Positions 49,358 to 64,000 of a DNA stretch of 64,000 nucleotides are shown piece after piece. Origin of the DNA: the human T2T-CHM13v2.0 reference genome, Homo sapiens; NCBI RefSeq assembly GCF_009914755.1, contig NC_060937.1; one strand, written 5' to 3'. The stretch's first letter is position 1; each line of letters starts with the position of its first letter. Under the pieces are notes generated by a model, which worked only from the letters and a program-made list of their open reading frames with translations, made no database searches and was not told the origin of the DNA. The translations under genes and the position numbers were made by a program.

Positions 49358-50538
49358 CTGGGACGGGAGCACTGAGCTATAAAATCCTTTTTTAACCAGT
49401 AGTTGCTCTTTCAAACTTCTGCAGGGAAATGTGTGCACAGAAACTGATGATCAGCTCTGGCCCTAAGTCAGTGAAATGAGCAAGTTAGGACAGACCGTGG
49501 GGATTGTGCAGATCAAGTGCCTACAACAAAAGTAACCCCACAATCCTTTGCCTCCTTCTGTTTTGTCCTTCACCCTGATTTCGACCCAAGAGCAGACCAA
49601 CTACCTCCAACCCCGTCAGGCTGAGGCTGCAGGGACAGTCCCTGAGCCCACTGCACCTCTCCAGCAACTGATGAAGGAACCACAAAGACTGTCCATGCAC
49701 GGGTTTACCATGTGATGTCTTTTCTCAACCCAAAGAAAAGCTCTTTTCCTCTCATGGCACTCAGTAAAATGCCTTTAAGATGACCAAATATAACAATATT
49801 CCTCTATTTTGGGGAAGTGTATGGTGAAGGGACTGGGTGAGAGGAGCTCTCCAGAGAGGTCAAGAGTCCTGTGTGCATAAAGTTTTGAAGCATGAAGAAA
49901 CCTAGAAATGGGTATTCTTAACAGAGGGAACCATATGCCAAAGATCCCAGGCATGAGAGATCCCAGCAAGTCTAGGAAATGCCAAAGAATGCAACATGGT
50001 TGGACCCTAGGATGTGAGGAAGGATTAGGGGTGACAGATGAGGGGGAAGGCTAAATATCTTGGACGTTATTCTGCAGAGATTTATAGGGCTTCAGATGAC
50101 TGAAAGTAGTAGGGATATGATCAGATTCTTATTGTAGAACCATTGCCTGCTCATATAAAAAGCCCACCTAAGCCTATTCTGAAATTTACTTACTACTATC
50201 CTGATTCTCATTCAGTCTCAGAATTTAGTAAAATGAGATTCCTATAGTGGATGATTAACTGCATGCTCACTGCAAATTGGAACGTGTCAGAGAGTGTCCA
50301 GGAGGAATGAGGTTCTATTAGTGTGAAAGCAGCATCGTAGTCTCAGAATAAGAAACTACTGGGCACATTAGGTTGAAACTCTAGGATCAAGATAAGAAAG
50401 AACATGAATGGCATCTTCCTATTCAGTAACCTCCCCAGATAGCATACTGAAATGAAGAAGCAGCTCACTGAAAGGAAGGGTGGTAAGGTGAACCTGCTTG
50501 GTTTAGGACCTTAAATAAGCTATGAGTAAGGATAGCTC

Positions 50539-50870
<332 letters not shown>

Positions 50871-50961
50871 TAAGAGCAGTTTAGAACAAAGTTTACATGA
50901 TTCCCAACCCAGATCTAAAGACAGATTCTGCCAAGATTTTTTGGGAGGGGCACTGCATTGA

Positions 50962-51430
50962 TAACCAATTGTTATGCAATTGCTGCATAACAAATTAACC
51001 CAAAACTTAGTGACTTAAAACAACAATATTTATTATCTCACAGTTTGTGTCGTGTCAGGAATCTGGCCATGACTTAGCTGGATGCTCTGCTTTAAGGTCT
51101 CTCACAGACTGCAATCAAGATGTCAGCTGGGCTGCAGAAATCTCAGGGCTCATCTGGAGGAGTATCTACTTCCATGGTCATTCCTGTGGTTATTGGCAGG
51201 GCTTAGTTTTCTTGTAGATTGTTGGCCAGAGTCCAGCTGCAGTTCCTTGCAATGTGAGCCTCTCCACGGGGCAGCTAACAACATGGCATCTGGTGTCCAT
51301 CAGAGGGCAAGCACATCAGAAATCAGAACATTTTTGTAACTTAATCTTGGAAGTGCCCTATGCTCTATTTGCTAGCAGTTAATGTCCAGCCCACTTGCAA
51401 GAGGAGGAGATTACAAGCCATCTTAGGAGG
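50962..51430 (-). mobile_element. MLT1F-type MaLR LTR
   Basis: 'ttgctgcataacaaatt...caaaacttagtgacttaaaacaac...gcaatcaagatgtcagctgggctgcag'. Confidence 0.75.
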
Positions 51431-52149
51431 TGTTTAATACAGGTAGGAAAACATGGGAAGAATAAGGCCCATTGAAAATCTCTCAATCTAGAGATAACAT
51501 TGGAGATGGAGCCTGAGGTTGTAAATAAGGGGAACATGAGAGGCTGAGAAGGGGGATCTTCCCTTTTAAGCATTGGAAAGAGTATGGGGAAGAGAGGAGA
51601 GTCTAGAAGGTGGCAAGATGAAATACTGTCAGGATTTCTTAGGAAATAATGTGAGACATCTGCTGGGCAAAGAGTTATAAGATTGGAATTCCATTTTGCT
51701 GCTAATGACTTACTAAGCAAAGTTCTTCTGCATCTTGAAAATCTCGAGGTTGAACAGTCACAACTGGATGCAGGCTCTCTCCATAAAGCTGATAGGATGG
51801 CTTCTGACAGTCCCAGTCTCCCATCCTCCTATTCAGTAATCACAAGATGTTTCTGCCTGTAACATACATTCATTCCATAAAAGGGCTGGTTGGCCTGCCT
51901 ATGTTATATGACCACTAGTGGACCAATCATTGTATGCAGGAGGGTGTAAGATCACGACTGGCCTACTCTGAGACTCATACCCTCGTGAAGGCTGGGGGCC
52001 TTGTTGTAGTCATTAGTACTGTTCAACAAATGTTTCCATTTCCCTTTTAAGCACATGTAAGGAAGGATTGCACTTCCTTGGCCTGTTGGAGTAATTTGTG
52101 GCTTTCTTTGACTAACGAAACTAAACAGAAGTGATGGGAGTTACTTTTT

Positions 52150-53510
52150 AAAAATATAACAGTTTTATTGAGCTATGGTTTACATACCATAAAAGCCACC
52201 CTCTTAAATTATAGAAGTCAGTGGTTTTTAGTATACTCACAGAGCTGCTCAACCATCACCACTAATTCCAGAATATTTTAGTCACCCCAAAAAGAAACTC
52301 CATACTCATTAGTAATTACTGCTCATTTTCTCCTCCCCCTATTCACTGTCTGTTACTAATCTATATTCTGCCTCTATGGATTTGCCTATTCTGAACATTT
52401 CATACAATATGTGGCCCTTTTGTGACTGGCTTCTTTCATTTAGCTTTAGCTTCTTTCATAATGTTTTAAAGGTTCTTGCATGTTGTAACTGATATTAGTA
52501 CTTCATTCCTTATCATGGTTGAATAGTATTCCATTTATGGATATACCACATTGTGTTCATCCATTCATCAGTTCATGGACATTTGGGCTATTCCCATTTG
52601 GGGGCTATTACAACTAATGCTGTTATGAATATTTGTGTAGAAGTTTTTGTGTGGACATATTTTCAGTTCTCTTGGTTATATACCTATGAGTGGAATTGTT
52701 GGATCATAGGGTAACTCAATGTTTTCTTAAAGAAAAACACACACAAACAACTTCTCTACGGTTTTCCAAAGCACCTACACCATTTAACATTCCCATTAGC
52801 GATGCTTAAGCATTCTAATTTCTTTGCTAATGCTATTTATTTTCTTTCTTTTTAACTTTAGCTATCCTTGTGGTATCTCATTGTGATTTTGGTTTGCATT
52901 TCCCTAATGATTAATGATGTTGAGCATCTTTTCACCTCCTTATTAAGCAATTGTATATCTTCTTTGGAGAAATGTCTATTCAACTCCTTTGTTCATTTTT
53001 AAATTGGGTTGCTGTTTTTTAATTGTAAGAGTTCTTTGTATGCTCTGAATACAAGTTTCTTATCAGATATATTATTTGTAAATATAGTCTTATATTCCTT
53101 GGGTTGTAATCTTGCTTTCTTGATAGTGTTCTTTGAAGCCAAAAGTTTAATTTTGATGAAGTTCATTTTTTTGTTGTTGTTTCTGTCATAAAAAAGAAAC
53201 ACAAGGTCATAAAGATTTATTTCTATGTTTAGTTTTTACAGTTAGCTTTACATTTACATTTTACATTGAACTTTTACATTTAGGTCTATGATCCATTTTG
53301 AGTTAATTTTTGTATATGATGTGAGGCTCAACTTCATTCTTTTTAATGTGAATATCTAGTTATCCCAATGTCATTTGTTGGAAAGACTATTCTTTCCCTC
53401 ATTGAACAGTCTTGGAACCTTTTCAAAATTCAGTTGCCCATAAATAAAAAGGTGTAATTCTGGGCTTTCAATTCTGTATCATTGATCTATATGTCTAGCT
53501 TTCTACCAGG
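52150..53510 (-). mobile_element. L1MB 3' fragment, inserted in an old MLT1-like LTR (~52000-53760)
   Basis: Antisense L1M 3' UTR and ORF2 end: 'ttgcatttccctaatgattaatgatgttgagcatc', 'tctttggagaaatgtctattc'. Confidence 0.88.
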
Positions 53511-55813
53511 ACATGTGTGTCTCTTCTATGTGAAGGCTTTAAGAGAAAGTGAATGATTTACCACACTTTGTTCCTCTGCCTTTTCATTGGCAATGCTCCC
53601 AAAAGAGGCTGAAGTCTTAGTTTGGATTTCAGAGTGATAGTAACATGAAGAGCTCTGAGACAAAGCACACAGGCATACAGTGTGAGTGAAAATTAAACTT
53701 TTGCTTGAACTATCTAATATCCAGAGGTTCTTTGTTTAGTGGTCTGTCCTGACAAATACAGAACTATAATTGACAACTCTACATAGAGTAGGGGTCAAGT
53801 TCACAAGAAAGCCAGAAGAAGAGAAATAGGAAAGTATGCTGGATAAGCAAAACTAGTTTTAATTTTAAACCCCAAGGGTTTTGAGCTAGCCCTTATTGTA
53901 AATCTTGGTTACCTTACCAACATCAACACACATGACTGACTGTTGTGTTTTGGATACAGAGGTGCCAGTAATTCAGTGTATAAATGGTATCTCTACCCTC
54001 AGGATCTTACATTTTAATTGAGGAAACAGGATGTATACATGGAAAATAAAGAATAATGCAAGGTGCCATGTAATAAGTGGTGCTAGAGAGGATTAAAGGA
54101 GAAGGAATGAGGATGAGATGGGGGGCTAGGAGAAGGTAGGAGGGCTTCTCGGCATTGTGACTTCAGCTGTGCCTTCTGGGAAAAAAAGGACTTGGATAAT
54201 CAAAAAGGAGAAGGAAAATGCATTGGTACAGGTGAACAGAGGGGTAGGCAAAGAAATGTCAACCTTTATTATTGGGAGACAATAATAAATAGACCATTTT
54301 ACCTGGGCCAAGAACATTTGTTGAAAAATCGATGTAAAAAGAGTTTGGGGGCTAAATTGAAGAAGGCTGTGAACAATGAGCCTAAGTTTTATTATGCAGG
54401 TAGTGAAAGTATGAAAATTTATGTAGAGGGAAAATGATGTTTTTGTGAAATTAATCTCATTGCAGTGACGTTAGAAGCAGTACAGGAAATTCTACTTTCT
54501 CTCCTCTGCAAGGACCAGTAAAGGTGGCTCTTTAGACTTGCCTTAGCTCATCAGTACGGTTCTGTAGAGACCTGGAAATGCCAATTACTTCACTGGCATT
54601 CTCTAAACTAGAAGCAGACTAGCTGAATATTATCAACTGATATTGGAGTTTTCTAAATTGGGTAGTATACTGTCAGTACACGAAATGATAATATGTATTG
54701 AAATGGTCAAAAAATATACTGAATGTGGGCTTCAAATTTTTGGATCCATCAGGGCCTTGCAAACAGACTGCAGAGACAAATGGTACACTTTAATAGTGAG
54801 GAAAATTGAAGACTCAACCATCTGAATGTGGCAATTATGAGCCATTTTGAGTGAGAGTTAGCAAATATTTTCCCAACTGTCAATTCTAAGAAACATGCAA
54901 ACAGAATCTGTGTAAGTGAATGCAGCAGTGAACCTGTGTCTCTGTTAAACCACAGAGAAATGAAATAAGCTGATTTTAAATTTCTAAAGGGAACTTAAAC
55001 CACCTGCTAAGTTGTAGAATTTAATTTGCAAGATGAATACTTGGCAATGTGACACTTCTTTCATAGCTTCATTTGCTGTTTTAATAAAAATGTTCACAAT
55101 GCTTTGGTTCCATCTGTTAGAGAGAGTGAAAACAGCTAACTGCTATTCAAACAACAAAAAATACAGCTTTCTAGAAAACTATATCGAGTGCCACCAAAAT
55201 GTAAAGAGGTATTTATAAATTTTAAACTTCTGCCTCACTTCTAAAAAATGCTGTAATTGCACTGCATCTTGGACTCAACATATAAATAATTTAGGCAAAA
55301 ATTTTAAATTTAAATTATTCCCCCACACTCTAAATGCAAACAAATGCTTTCAAAGTTATCATGACCATGAATCTTACTGCAGCAAGCTACAGATTTTCAT
55401 TATAACAATTTGTAAGCAAATATTTGGTTATTTTTATAAGCCACAAATCTGGCTGAAGGAGAAAATGATGTATAATAAACAAAAACTCTGCAAACCACAA
55501 ACTATGTTTGTTGCTGTATTTCCAAATCAGACATAACAATAAGCTATAGTAAGGCAGCCTCCCTACATTATTAATTGGCTTTCCATAGCTTTTCCCTCAG
55601 AATAGATCAAGATTTTATAACTTTCAATAAGAATTATTTCTCAAGCACCAATTCCAGTATTTAATACAATGCTGGCAATATGGTAGACACAACCTATGTG
55701 TTTGTTGAGTCAGAGAAGTACGATAGTAGTCATGCTACATCAAGAAGAGACAATGAAGGGAGAGACACAGGGATGGGAACAAAATGTAGGAAAAAGAAAG
55801 AAGAGCCTTTTCA

Positions 55814-56287
<474 letters not shown>

Positions 56288-56489
56288 TCAACTCTGTGTC
56301 CCATGGAATTATCTAAAACATTAGTTTCAGCTTTTCTTACCTTGAGGTACTGGCTAGTTGTACAGTGAGGAAAGCTAAGGCTAGCAATGACATATAAGGG
56401 GGTCTGCAGAATGGCCTATTGTCTTTCCTTTGCTTGTTCCTGTAAGAAAATTCTGTATTTACCTTTCCTGCAGAAAGGTAGGGTTATGA

Positions 56490-56702
56490 GACACATCTTC
56501 TTGCTGTGTCCTCACTTGGTAGAAGGAGTGCTAGGTTGCTCTCTGGCCTCTTCTTATATTAGGGCACTGATGACATTCGTAAGGACTCCACCCTCATCAC
56601 CTAACTACCTCAAAAAGGGTCCACTTCCAAATACCATCAAGTTGGGCTTACGGTTTTAACCTTTGAATTTTAAGGAAACACAAACATTCAGTTAATTGCA
56701 AC
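56490..56702 (-). mobile_element. MLT1A-like LTR fragment
   Basis: 'cttcttgctgtgtcctcac...ccctcatcacctaactacctc...acacaaacattcag'. Confidence 0.7.
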
Positions 56703-57182
56703 AAATATGTTTTAAATGGTAAATGAAACAACTGTCTCTGAAAAAGGGACCATGAAGCAGGGCTATATATAAGAATTTTGTAAAATAACAGAAAGAAATG
56801 AAATATGAAGTGCAGAACTGAAAGTTGAAGCAAAAAGGTAAAGCAATTACAGAAAAAGAGGAACTGGTTAGAAAACAAGGGAAAATAGACACTGTGGAAA
56901 TTCATGGGGATATAAGAGATAGAGGAAATAGAAATTAGGGAAGTAGAAAAAAATTGAGGAGATAAAAAGAATTAGAAGGAAAACAATAGAAAAATCAGGC
57001 AAAGAAGCTTCAGTGTATGCATCTTGAAATCCTTAAAGGAAGATGAAATTTAAAAAAATCCTAAATTTAAAGATACTTTTTGATTCAGCCTGTTGAAAGG
57101 GTATATACTAGTTCAAGGAAAATTGACCTAAAATGGTCAATCTGAAGATATATCGTAGCAAAATTACTAAGCTAACAATTTT

Positions 57183-57843
<661 letters not shown>

Positions 57844-58013
57844 TAAATTTTGAAAACATTTTGAGCACTTAAGAACTTGAGGAATAGAATGCCCATGAGC
57901 CCTTATTGAGGAAATTATTGAAGGATAAACTTCATTAACAAAGAGTGACTAAGGAAACAATAGCAAAGAACTTACAGTGAGAATTAAGTTCATTTAACAA
58001 TAAAACCAAGACA

Positions 58014-58138
58014 AATTAATTAGCTAATTAATTTCAAAATTGTGTACATGTATACAGGGTTTACTTTCTACCACTCTACTGTAGAAAGCAAACCTCGTAT
58101 ACATGGTCACAATTTTGAAATTAATTAGCTAATTAATT
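58014..58138. repeat. Near-perfect palindrome with 58-bp arms and 9-nt loop
   Basis: 58014-58071 versus reverse complement of 58081-58138: 53/58 identical, outer 31 bp perfect. Confidence 0.97.
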
Positions 58139-58651
58139 GGGAGAGTAAGGGGGAGAAAAAGGAAGATTGTCTCATCTGTAATATCTGAAAGTCACAAGAT
58201 ACTATTGTGAGTTGGTAGTTAAATACTAGAAGTAAAAGAAAATGAATAAATACTAATAAATATAATTGTATTGACTCATAATGGGGACAAAGGCAAAAAA
58301 GGATAGCAAAGAAGAAAACATTCTGATATTATCTCATAGGATTACGTCATAGAAACTAATGGTATCTAAAGAAATAAGGGTAAATCGAAAAATAAAAATA
58401 TAGGCCTTCCTGAATATAAAAAAACTACATAAAATATAAACAAATTACATTAAAAGTACTTTAAAAAACTCTCATCAGATAACATAGCATAAACAATAAG
58501 GCCAGATATATCTACCATATCCATAAGTGTAAATGAGTTTAACTCACTTCTGCAAAAAATTTTATTGGAGAATAAATAAAAATTTAGTTTTGTTCTATAT
58601 GCAGGAGACACATATAAAACTTTCAGAAGAGTTAAAATTAAAGTAGATCTT

Positions 58652-58945
58652 GGCCAGGTGTGATGGCTCATGTCTGTAATCCCAACATGTTGGGAGGCTG
58701 AGTAAAGGAGGATTACTTGAGGCCAGGAGTTTGAGAACAGCCTGGTCCACATAGCGAGACCCCATCTCTACAAAAATAAAAAAATTAGGTGGATGTGGTG
58801 GTGTGCATTTGTAGTCCTAGCTACTCAGGAGGCTGAGGCAGGAGAATCATTTAAGCCCAGGAGCTCAAGGCTCTGATAAGCTATGATTGTACCACTGCAC
58901 TCCAGACTGGGTGAAAGAGAGAGATCCTGTCTCTAAAAATACAAA
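58652..58945 (+). mobile_element. AluJ element
   Basis: Diverged dimeric Alu. Confidence 0.9.
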
Positions 58946-60587
58946 ATACAGTAGTTCTTGAATTGTAAATATCAGATAAGGTAAAATTCAGAATAAAAAG
59001 CATTTTATAACAAATGTTTTTATAATGCCAAAGCAGAAAATTGACAATGAAGATATAAAAGTCATGAAAATCTATGCACCAGTCAAAATAGCAGTCATAC
59101 TCATAAGGCAGAAATGATAGAAATTACAAGGAGAAATGGACAAAAATACATCAGTATAGAAGATGAATGTCTTAAAAGACCTAAACATTATTAAAATAAA
59201 TCCAGCTGATGCATGTTGAACTTTGTTCCTGAAAATAAAAAATACACCTTGTTTTCAAATGCCCACGGAGTAAGTAATGAAAATTAGTCATCTTTTAGAT
59301 CATAGATTACTCCTCAAATAGTATATTTGATCACAATCAAATAACTTTGTGATCACAATCAAGTAAAACTTTAATGAGAAAATAAAAAGGTCCTTTCATC
59401 TGATAACTTAAAAATTCTTAAGCAACTTGGGGCATGGGTCAAAAAGAGCTATAAGCTTAAATTGCAGAATTTCTAAAAATAATAATAGGGAAAATACTAT
59501 AAAACTCAGCTAAATAAAAAGATTATAGCCCTAAATATTTATATTACTTAACAAAGAAGAATAAAAATGAATGACTTATGCTAGCAACCGAAAATGTTTG
59601 AAAAAGGAAATCAAAATAAACTGAAGGAAATAAGGAAGTAGTAATAAAGATAAAATATTAATGAATTAAAAATAGAAAAATAAAATGGATAAATCCAAAA
59701 CCAGATTATTTGAGGTGGAAAAACAATAGAGTACACAAACTAGCTGGCTTAATAAAGAAAAAAACACAAAAAAAGTGTAACTACACAAATTAATAAATGA
59801 CAGTAAGGAAGTAACCCATGAAGGAGGACATTCACAGAATTCTGAGACTACTCTGCTCAACTCTATGCAAATAAATGAAAAACCTAGATGAAATGAATAA
59901 ATTACCATAAAAAGATAGAAAATGTAAACAAACCAATTTCTAAGAAGAAATAACAGTTGTCAAGAAGTGATCTTCTTTGAAAAATTACCAGGCCCAGACA
60001 ATTTTATAGGAATTTCTGCATAACCTTTAAAAAAATGACTCCAATGCTATTGGAACTATTCCAAGTATGGAGAAAAACTAAAATTCTAAGTCAATTTTTT
60101 TCATAAGTTTGCAAGACCCACACACAAAAATATTAAAACACAAAGGAAGGACACATATAAAACAATTGAAATAATGGAAAGACATATCATGTGCTTGATT
60201 AGGATTCAAATCAGTTTCCTCTATGTTAATTTGCTAATTTAATATGGTCTCAGTGAAAATACAACAGATTTATTTTACCTAGACAAGTTGTTCCTAAATT
60301 TCACATAGAAAAATTAGAAAGAATAAAACATAATGACTCTTAAAAAAGGAAATGAATTTTTAGTGAGGTAGAACTAACCTTACGAAGTATTAAAATATTA
60401 CAAGGCCTTCAGACAACCAAATAGGTTAAGAATCAAAATTTCAGAAATAGAGCCAAATATATAGTATAAATTAGTATATGATAAATGAGACATCTGAAAG
60501 CTGTTGAGAAAAAAGCTAATCAAAAAGTGGTGTTGAAAAAACTGTTGTGCATTCTGAAAAATACTTTAAAAAGATACTTAACACCCT

Positions 60588-61210
60588 TTGAGAGGCATAA
60601 TTCCAAGATGATCCCCAAGATTCCTGCCTCCTAGTGTACATGGCCTCTACAATCCCTTCTACTGGATTATAAGCAGGATTTATGAATATGTGTCACTCTT
60701 GTAGTTAGATTATGTTACTGGGAAAAAGTAGAGATTTAACAGATGTGATAAAGGTCTCTAATCAGCTGACTTTAAATTAATCAAAAGGGAAATTTTCTTG
60801 AGTGAGCCTGACCTAATCAGGTGAGCCCTCTAATGAAAAGTTTCAATGTCAGAGATTCTCCTACTGGCCTCAAAGAAGCAAACATCCAGATGTAAGGGGA
60901 TCACATAGCCAGTAACTGTGGGGGTCTCTCAGAATTATAATACTTCTTGGCAGAGAGCCTGCAAGAAAGAGGGTCCTGTAATCATAAGAAGTGAATTTTA
61001 CCCACAACCATGTAGGCTTGGAAGAGAACTCCAGACTCCAGAAGGGATCACAGCCTGGTCAATATGTGATTTCAGCCTGTGAGACCCTGAGCAGAGGACC
61101 CGTCTAAGCCATGCCTGGCCTCCTGACCTACAGAAACTGAAGGGTCATAAATATAAGTGGTATTAAGTCACCCAGTTGTAGTAGTTTGCTACACAGTAAT
61201 AAATAAATGC
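60588..61210 (+). mobile_element. MLT1E-type MaLR LTR
   Basis: 'ccccaagattcctgcctcctagtgtaca...ctaatcagctgactttaaattaatcaaaaggga...gtgagcctgacctaatcaggtgagccct'. Confidence 0.8.
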
Positions 61211-61327
61211 AAGTCAAAACCTGAGTTCCAAAAAAAATGAGAGAATTAAATGTAAAGGTTGAAACCACTAAATAGGACAGCACATTAATAAATATATGTA
61301 GGATGTCAATAGCTTATTCAATAATGT

Positions 61328-61477
61328 AGCCAGGCACAGTGACTTGCACCTGTAGTCTCTGTTACCAGGGAGGCTGAAGCAGGAGGATTGCTTGAGCCCA
61401 GGAGCTTGAGGTTGCAGTGAGCTGTGATCATGCCAGCCTGGGTGACAGAGTGAGACCTGGACTTAAAAAAAAAAAAA
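61328..61477 (+). mobile_element. FRAM/FAM-like Alu monomer
   Basis: Single right-monomer-like unit with A tail. Confidence 0.8.
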
Positions 61478-62007
61478 GAGAGAGAGAGAGAGAATACCAT
61501 GGGGGAACATTTTTTATGGGATATAGTTAAAGCTATAAAGCTATATTTTTAAATGAATAATGTACAACACGACTAAAATGTTGGGAGGGGGGAAACAAAA
61601 AATAAACAGAAAGCAGGAAGAATTAATTAATAAATCTATAATTGAATATGTTAAAAACAATAAAATAGACAAAAACAGAAATAGAATTGATACGCGAAAA
61701 TCTTTAAAAGGCTAGTAAGACAAACATCAGACAAATCTGACCAATGAGAAAAGAGAAATATACATCACAGAGAAAAATTTTTAAATAATGATAGAATTCT
61801 AAGTACAACTAACCATTTATTAAAGATAATGAGAAAAGTAATCCCATTCAAAACAGCAATAGAAACATATAAATTACCTAGCAGTAAGCTTAACAAGAAT
61901 AGAAAGAAAGAACAACTTTTTAATATAACCTCTAAAAAGACTTGAAAAATCAGAGACATGCTGTGCTCTTGAATGCGAAGATTGCATATTATAAATATGC
62001 AATTCTA

Positions 62008-62198
62008 GGCTGGGTGTCTCTAAAAAAGTTTTAAACATTAGCCGGATATGGTGGCATGTACCTATAATCCCAGCACTTCAGAGGTTGAGGCAGGGGGATT
62101 GCTTGACCTCAGCTCAGGAATTTGAGGCTGCAGTGAGCCATGATTTCACCACTACACTACAGCTTGGACATCAGTGTGAGATCCCTGTCTCAAAAAAA
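62008..62198 (+). mobile_element. AluJ/FRAM with most of the left monomer missing
   Basis: 'ggctgggtgtctctaaaa' jumps to the linker; TSD-like aaatatgcaattcta / aaatattgcaattcta. Confidence 0.8.
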
Positions 62199-63134
62199 TA
62201 TTGCAATTCTATAATTTAATCTATATATTTCATACAAGTCCAATAAAAATTCCATTTGAAGTTGAAAATCTAGATTAAGAAATTTTTTAAAAGGTCATGA
62301 AAACTTACCCTACCAGAGACTAGATAAATAGAAGTATAGTAATACTAATATTAACAAGATTAATAATGATGCTCACCATGTGGCAGGAATCATGTTAAGT
62401 ATTTCACAACTATTTTATTTTTGGCACGCTCTTTGAGGTAAATACTATTATTATTCCACTTTTACAGCTGAAGCAATTTGGCATCAAAAACAGTAGACTT
62501 CATTGAGGCCATCCTTTTAACCACCGTCAATATAGCCTTAAGGTGACATTGTTGGCAAAAGTTTAGACTAGTGAATAGCTGATGTTGGGGCAATTGATAT
62601 ATTATTTGGAAGAGAATAAAGTTGGATCCTTCCCATCGGAGTGAAGCAATTTCCAGAGGGATTAAATGGAAACAATTTACATTAAAATAAGCCAGAGAAC
62701 AATAGATATAATTATGTATAATTCATATGATCTCTGGGAAGGAAAAAATTTTCTAAGCACAACACTGAAGAGAGGAACATAAAAATTTAAACTTCTATAT
62801 AGGAGTAAAAAAATCAGCAAACAAATACTAAAGCTTATTAATAAATTTAAAGTATCAATGACAAAATGGTAAAAAAAAATTGGCAATGTGTTAGGCAAAG
62901 GTAATATCTTAATGTATAAAGCGCCTTTCAAATCAATAAGTAAAGGGCAAAGACCTCAGTTTTGTAAACTTGGGTGCTCCTTAGGGACAACTCAGTAAGA
63001 CCATGAGGGGGGTTAATGTTGACAACTTGGTATAGAAGTATAGAGAACTACTGTGAAATACAAGGAGGTTTCTTGGTTGGAAGGAGGTTTAAAATTATGT
63101 TGAGAAGCTCCAGGGAGTATAATTACTCCTTTAA

Positions 63135-63850
63135 TTAGTCATTCAATAAATGTTTATCTCGTCTGTACTCTCTACTGGGTGCCAGGGGCACAGTGGGGAG
63201 CAAGACATGGAGCATATCTTCCTGTTGTGAAAGAATGTAGATTAAGGAGAGCAAGGCAGAGTGAGACAGGGAAGAGCTATCCCAAGAATTAAAACAAGGT
63301 GGGGGGACTGCTTGAGAATGATTGGCCATGGAAGACCCCTGTGCAGTAAAATTTAAGCTGAATCCGATTGACAAGAAGCCTGATGATGCTGTGGCAAGAA
63401 GTTATTGTACATGAGAGTGGAAACAAGGTGACCAGGTGGGAAGGTCTGGCAGTAGTCTAGGTAAGAGATGATAGTGTTCGGACTAAGGTGGTAATAATGG
63501 AGACAGAAGTCACCATACTTGGAGCACGTTTTGGACTAGGTAGATCAACAAGATTTGTTGATTTGGAGGCTAAGGGAATGAAAGGAATCAGGGATGTCAA
63601 TATTTTTTATGCTACAAATTGGGTCTGGGTTGATGGTGGTGCTATTTACTCAGATGGAAAAAGTTAAAGGGAAGCAGATAGTTTACGATGGAGGGTAAGT
63701 GGGTAGAATGTGAGAATCATGAATTATGTTCTACCATGGTAGGTTTGAGATTTCAAAGACATTAAGAGAAATGTCCAATAGGCAGAAGTGAGTGGATGGA
63801 CTTGGAGACACAGAGATTTGTGTGCCATTTTCATATAGATAGCATGAAGG
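63135..63850 (-). mobile_element. L2 fragment
   Basis: 'cattcaataaatgtttat...gggtgccaggggcacagtgggg' followed by a purine-rich L2 body. Confidence 0.7.
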
Positions 63851-63864
63851 GAAAAAAAGGACAT

Positions 63865-63960
63865 AAATGTATTTATTACCACTAAGCTGTACACTTAAAA
63901 ATGATTAAGATGGTAAATTATACGTATGTATTTTATCTCAATCAAAAAATAGATTTAAAA
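63865..63960 (+). mobile_element. L1M 3' terminal fragment
   Basis: 'ctgtacacttaaaaatgattaagatggtaaatt...tgtattttatctcaat'. Confidence 0.75.
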
Positions 63961-63970
63961 AAATCCTAGG

Positions 63971-64000
63971 GGCTGGGTGTGGAGCCTCACACCTGTAATC
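63971..64000 (+). mobile_element. Start of an Alu, cut by the window edge
   Basis: 'ggctgggtgtggagcctcacacctgtaatc'. Confidence 0.8.

Noticed and set aside
59329-59372. Short tandem duplication (tgatcacaatcaa twice), and similar ones near 36596 and 39750
   Set aside because: Ordinary two-unit slippage duplications; no array or spacer structure.

Overview
This is primate genomic DNA, very probably human: it contains an Alu with all five AluYa5 diagnostic bases. The window is gene-poor and repeat-dense. I find no credible intact protein-coding gene, RNA gene or CRISPR array; the supplied ORFs are short and mostly lie in Alu, MaLR, L1 or L2 repeats. The content is about 20 Alu/FLAM/FRAM copies, a full LTR-int-LTR THE1 nested in Tigger2a, several MaLR/ERVL LTRs, L1 and L2 fragments, MER5A/Tigger2a DNA transposons, and a 5'-truncated PGAM1 processed pseudogene. 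Not explained by standard repeats: (1) a decayed ~0.9 kb coding-like relic at the window start, whose motifs resemble the C-terminal half of a non-mammalian-type L1/Tx1 ORF2; (2) a near-perfect 125-bp palindrome; (3) a 116-bp, 97%-identical inverted duplication with copies ~1.9 kb apart; (4) smaller hairpin and duplication scars. I cannot support a new multi-gene biological system. Subfamily calls come from remembered consensus sequences, alignments were done by eye, and boundaries of old repeats are approximate.
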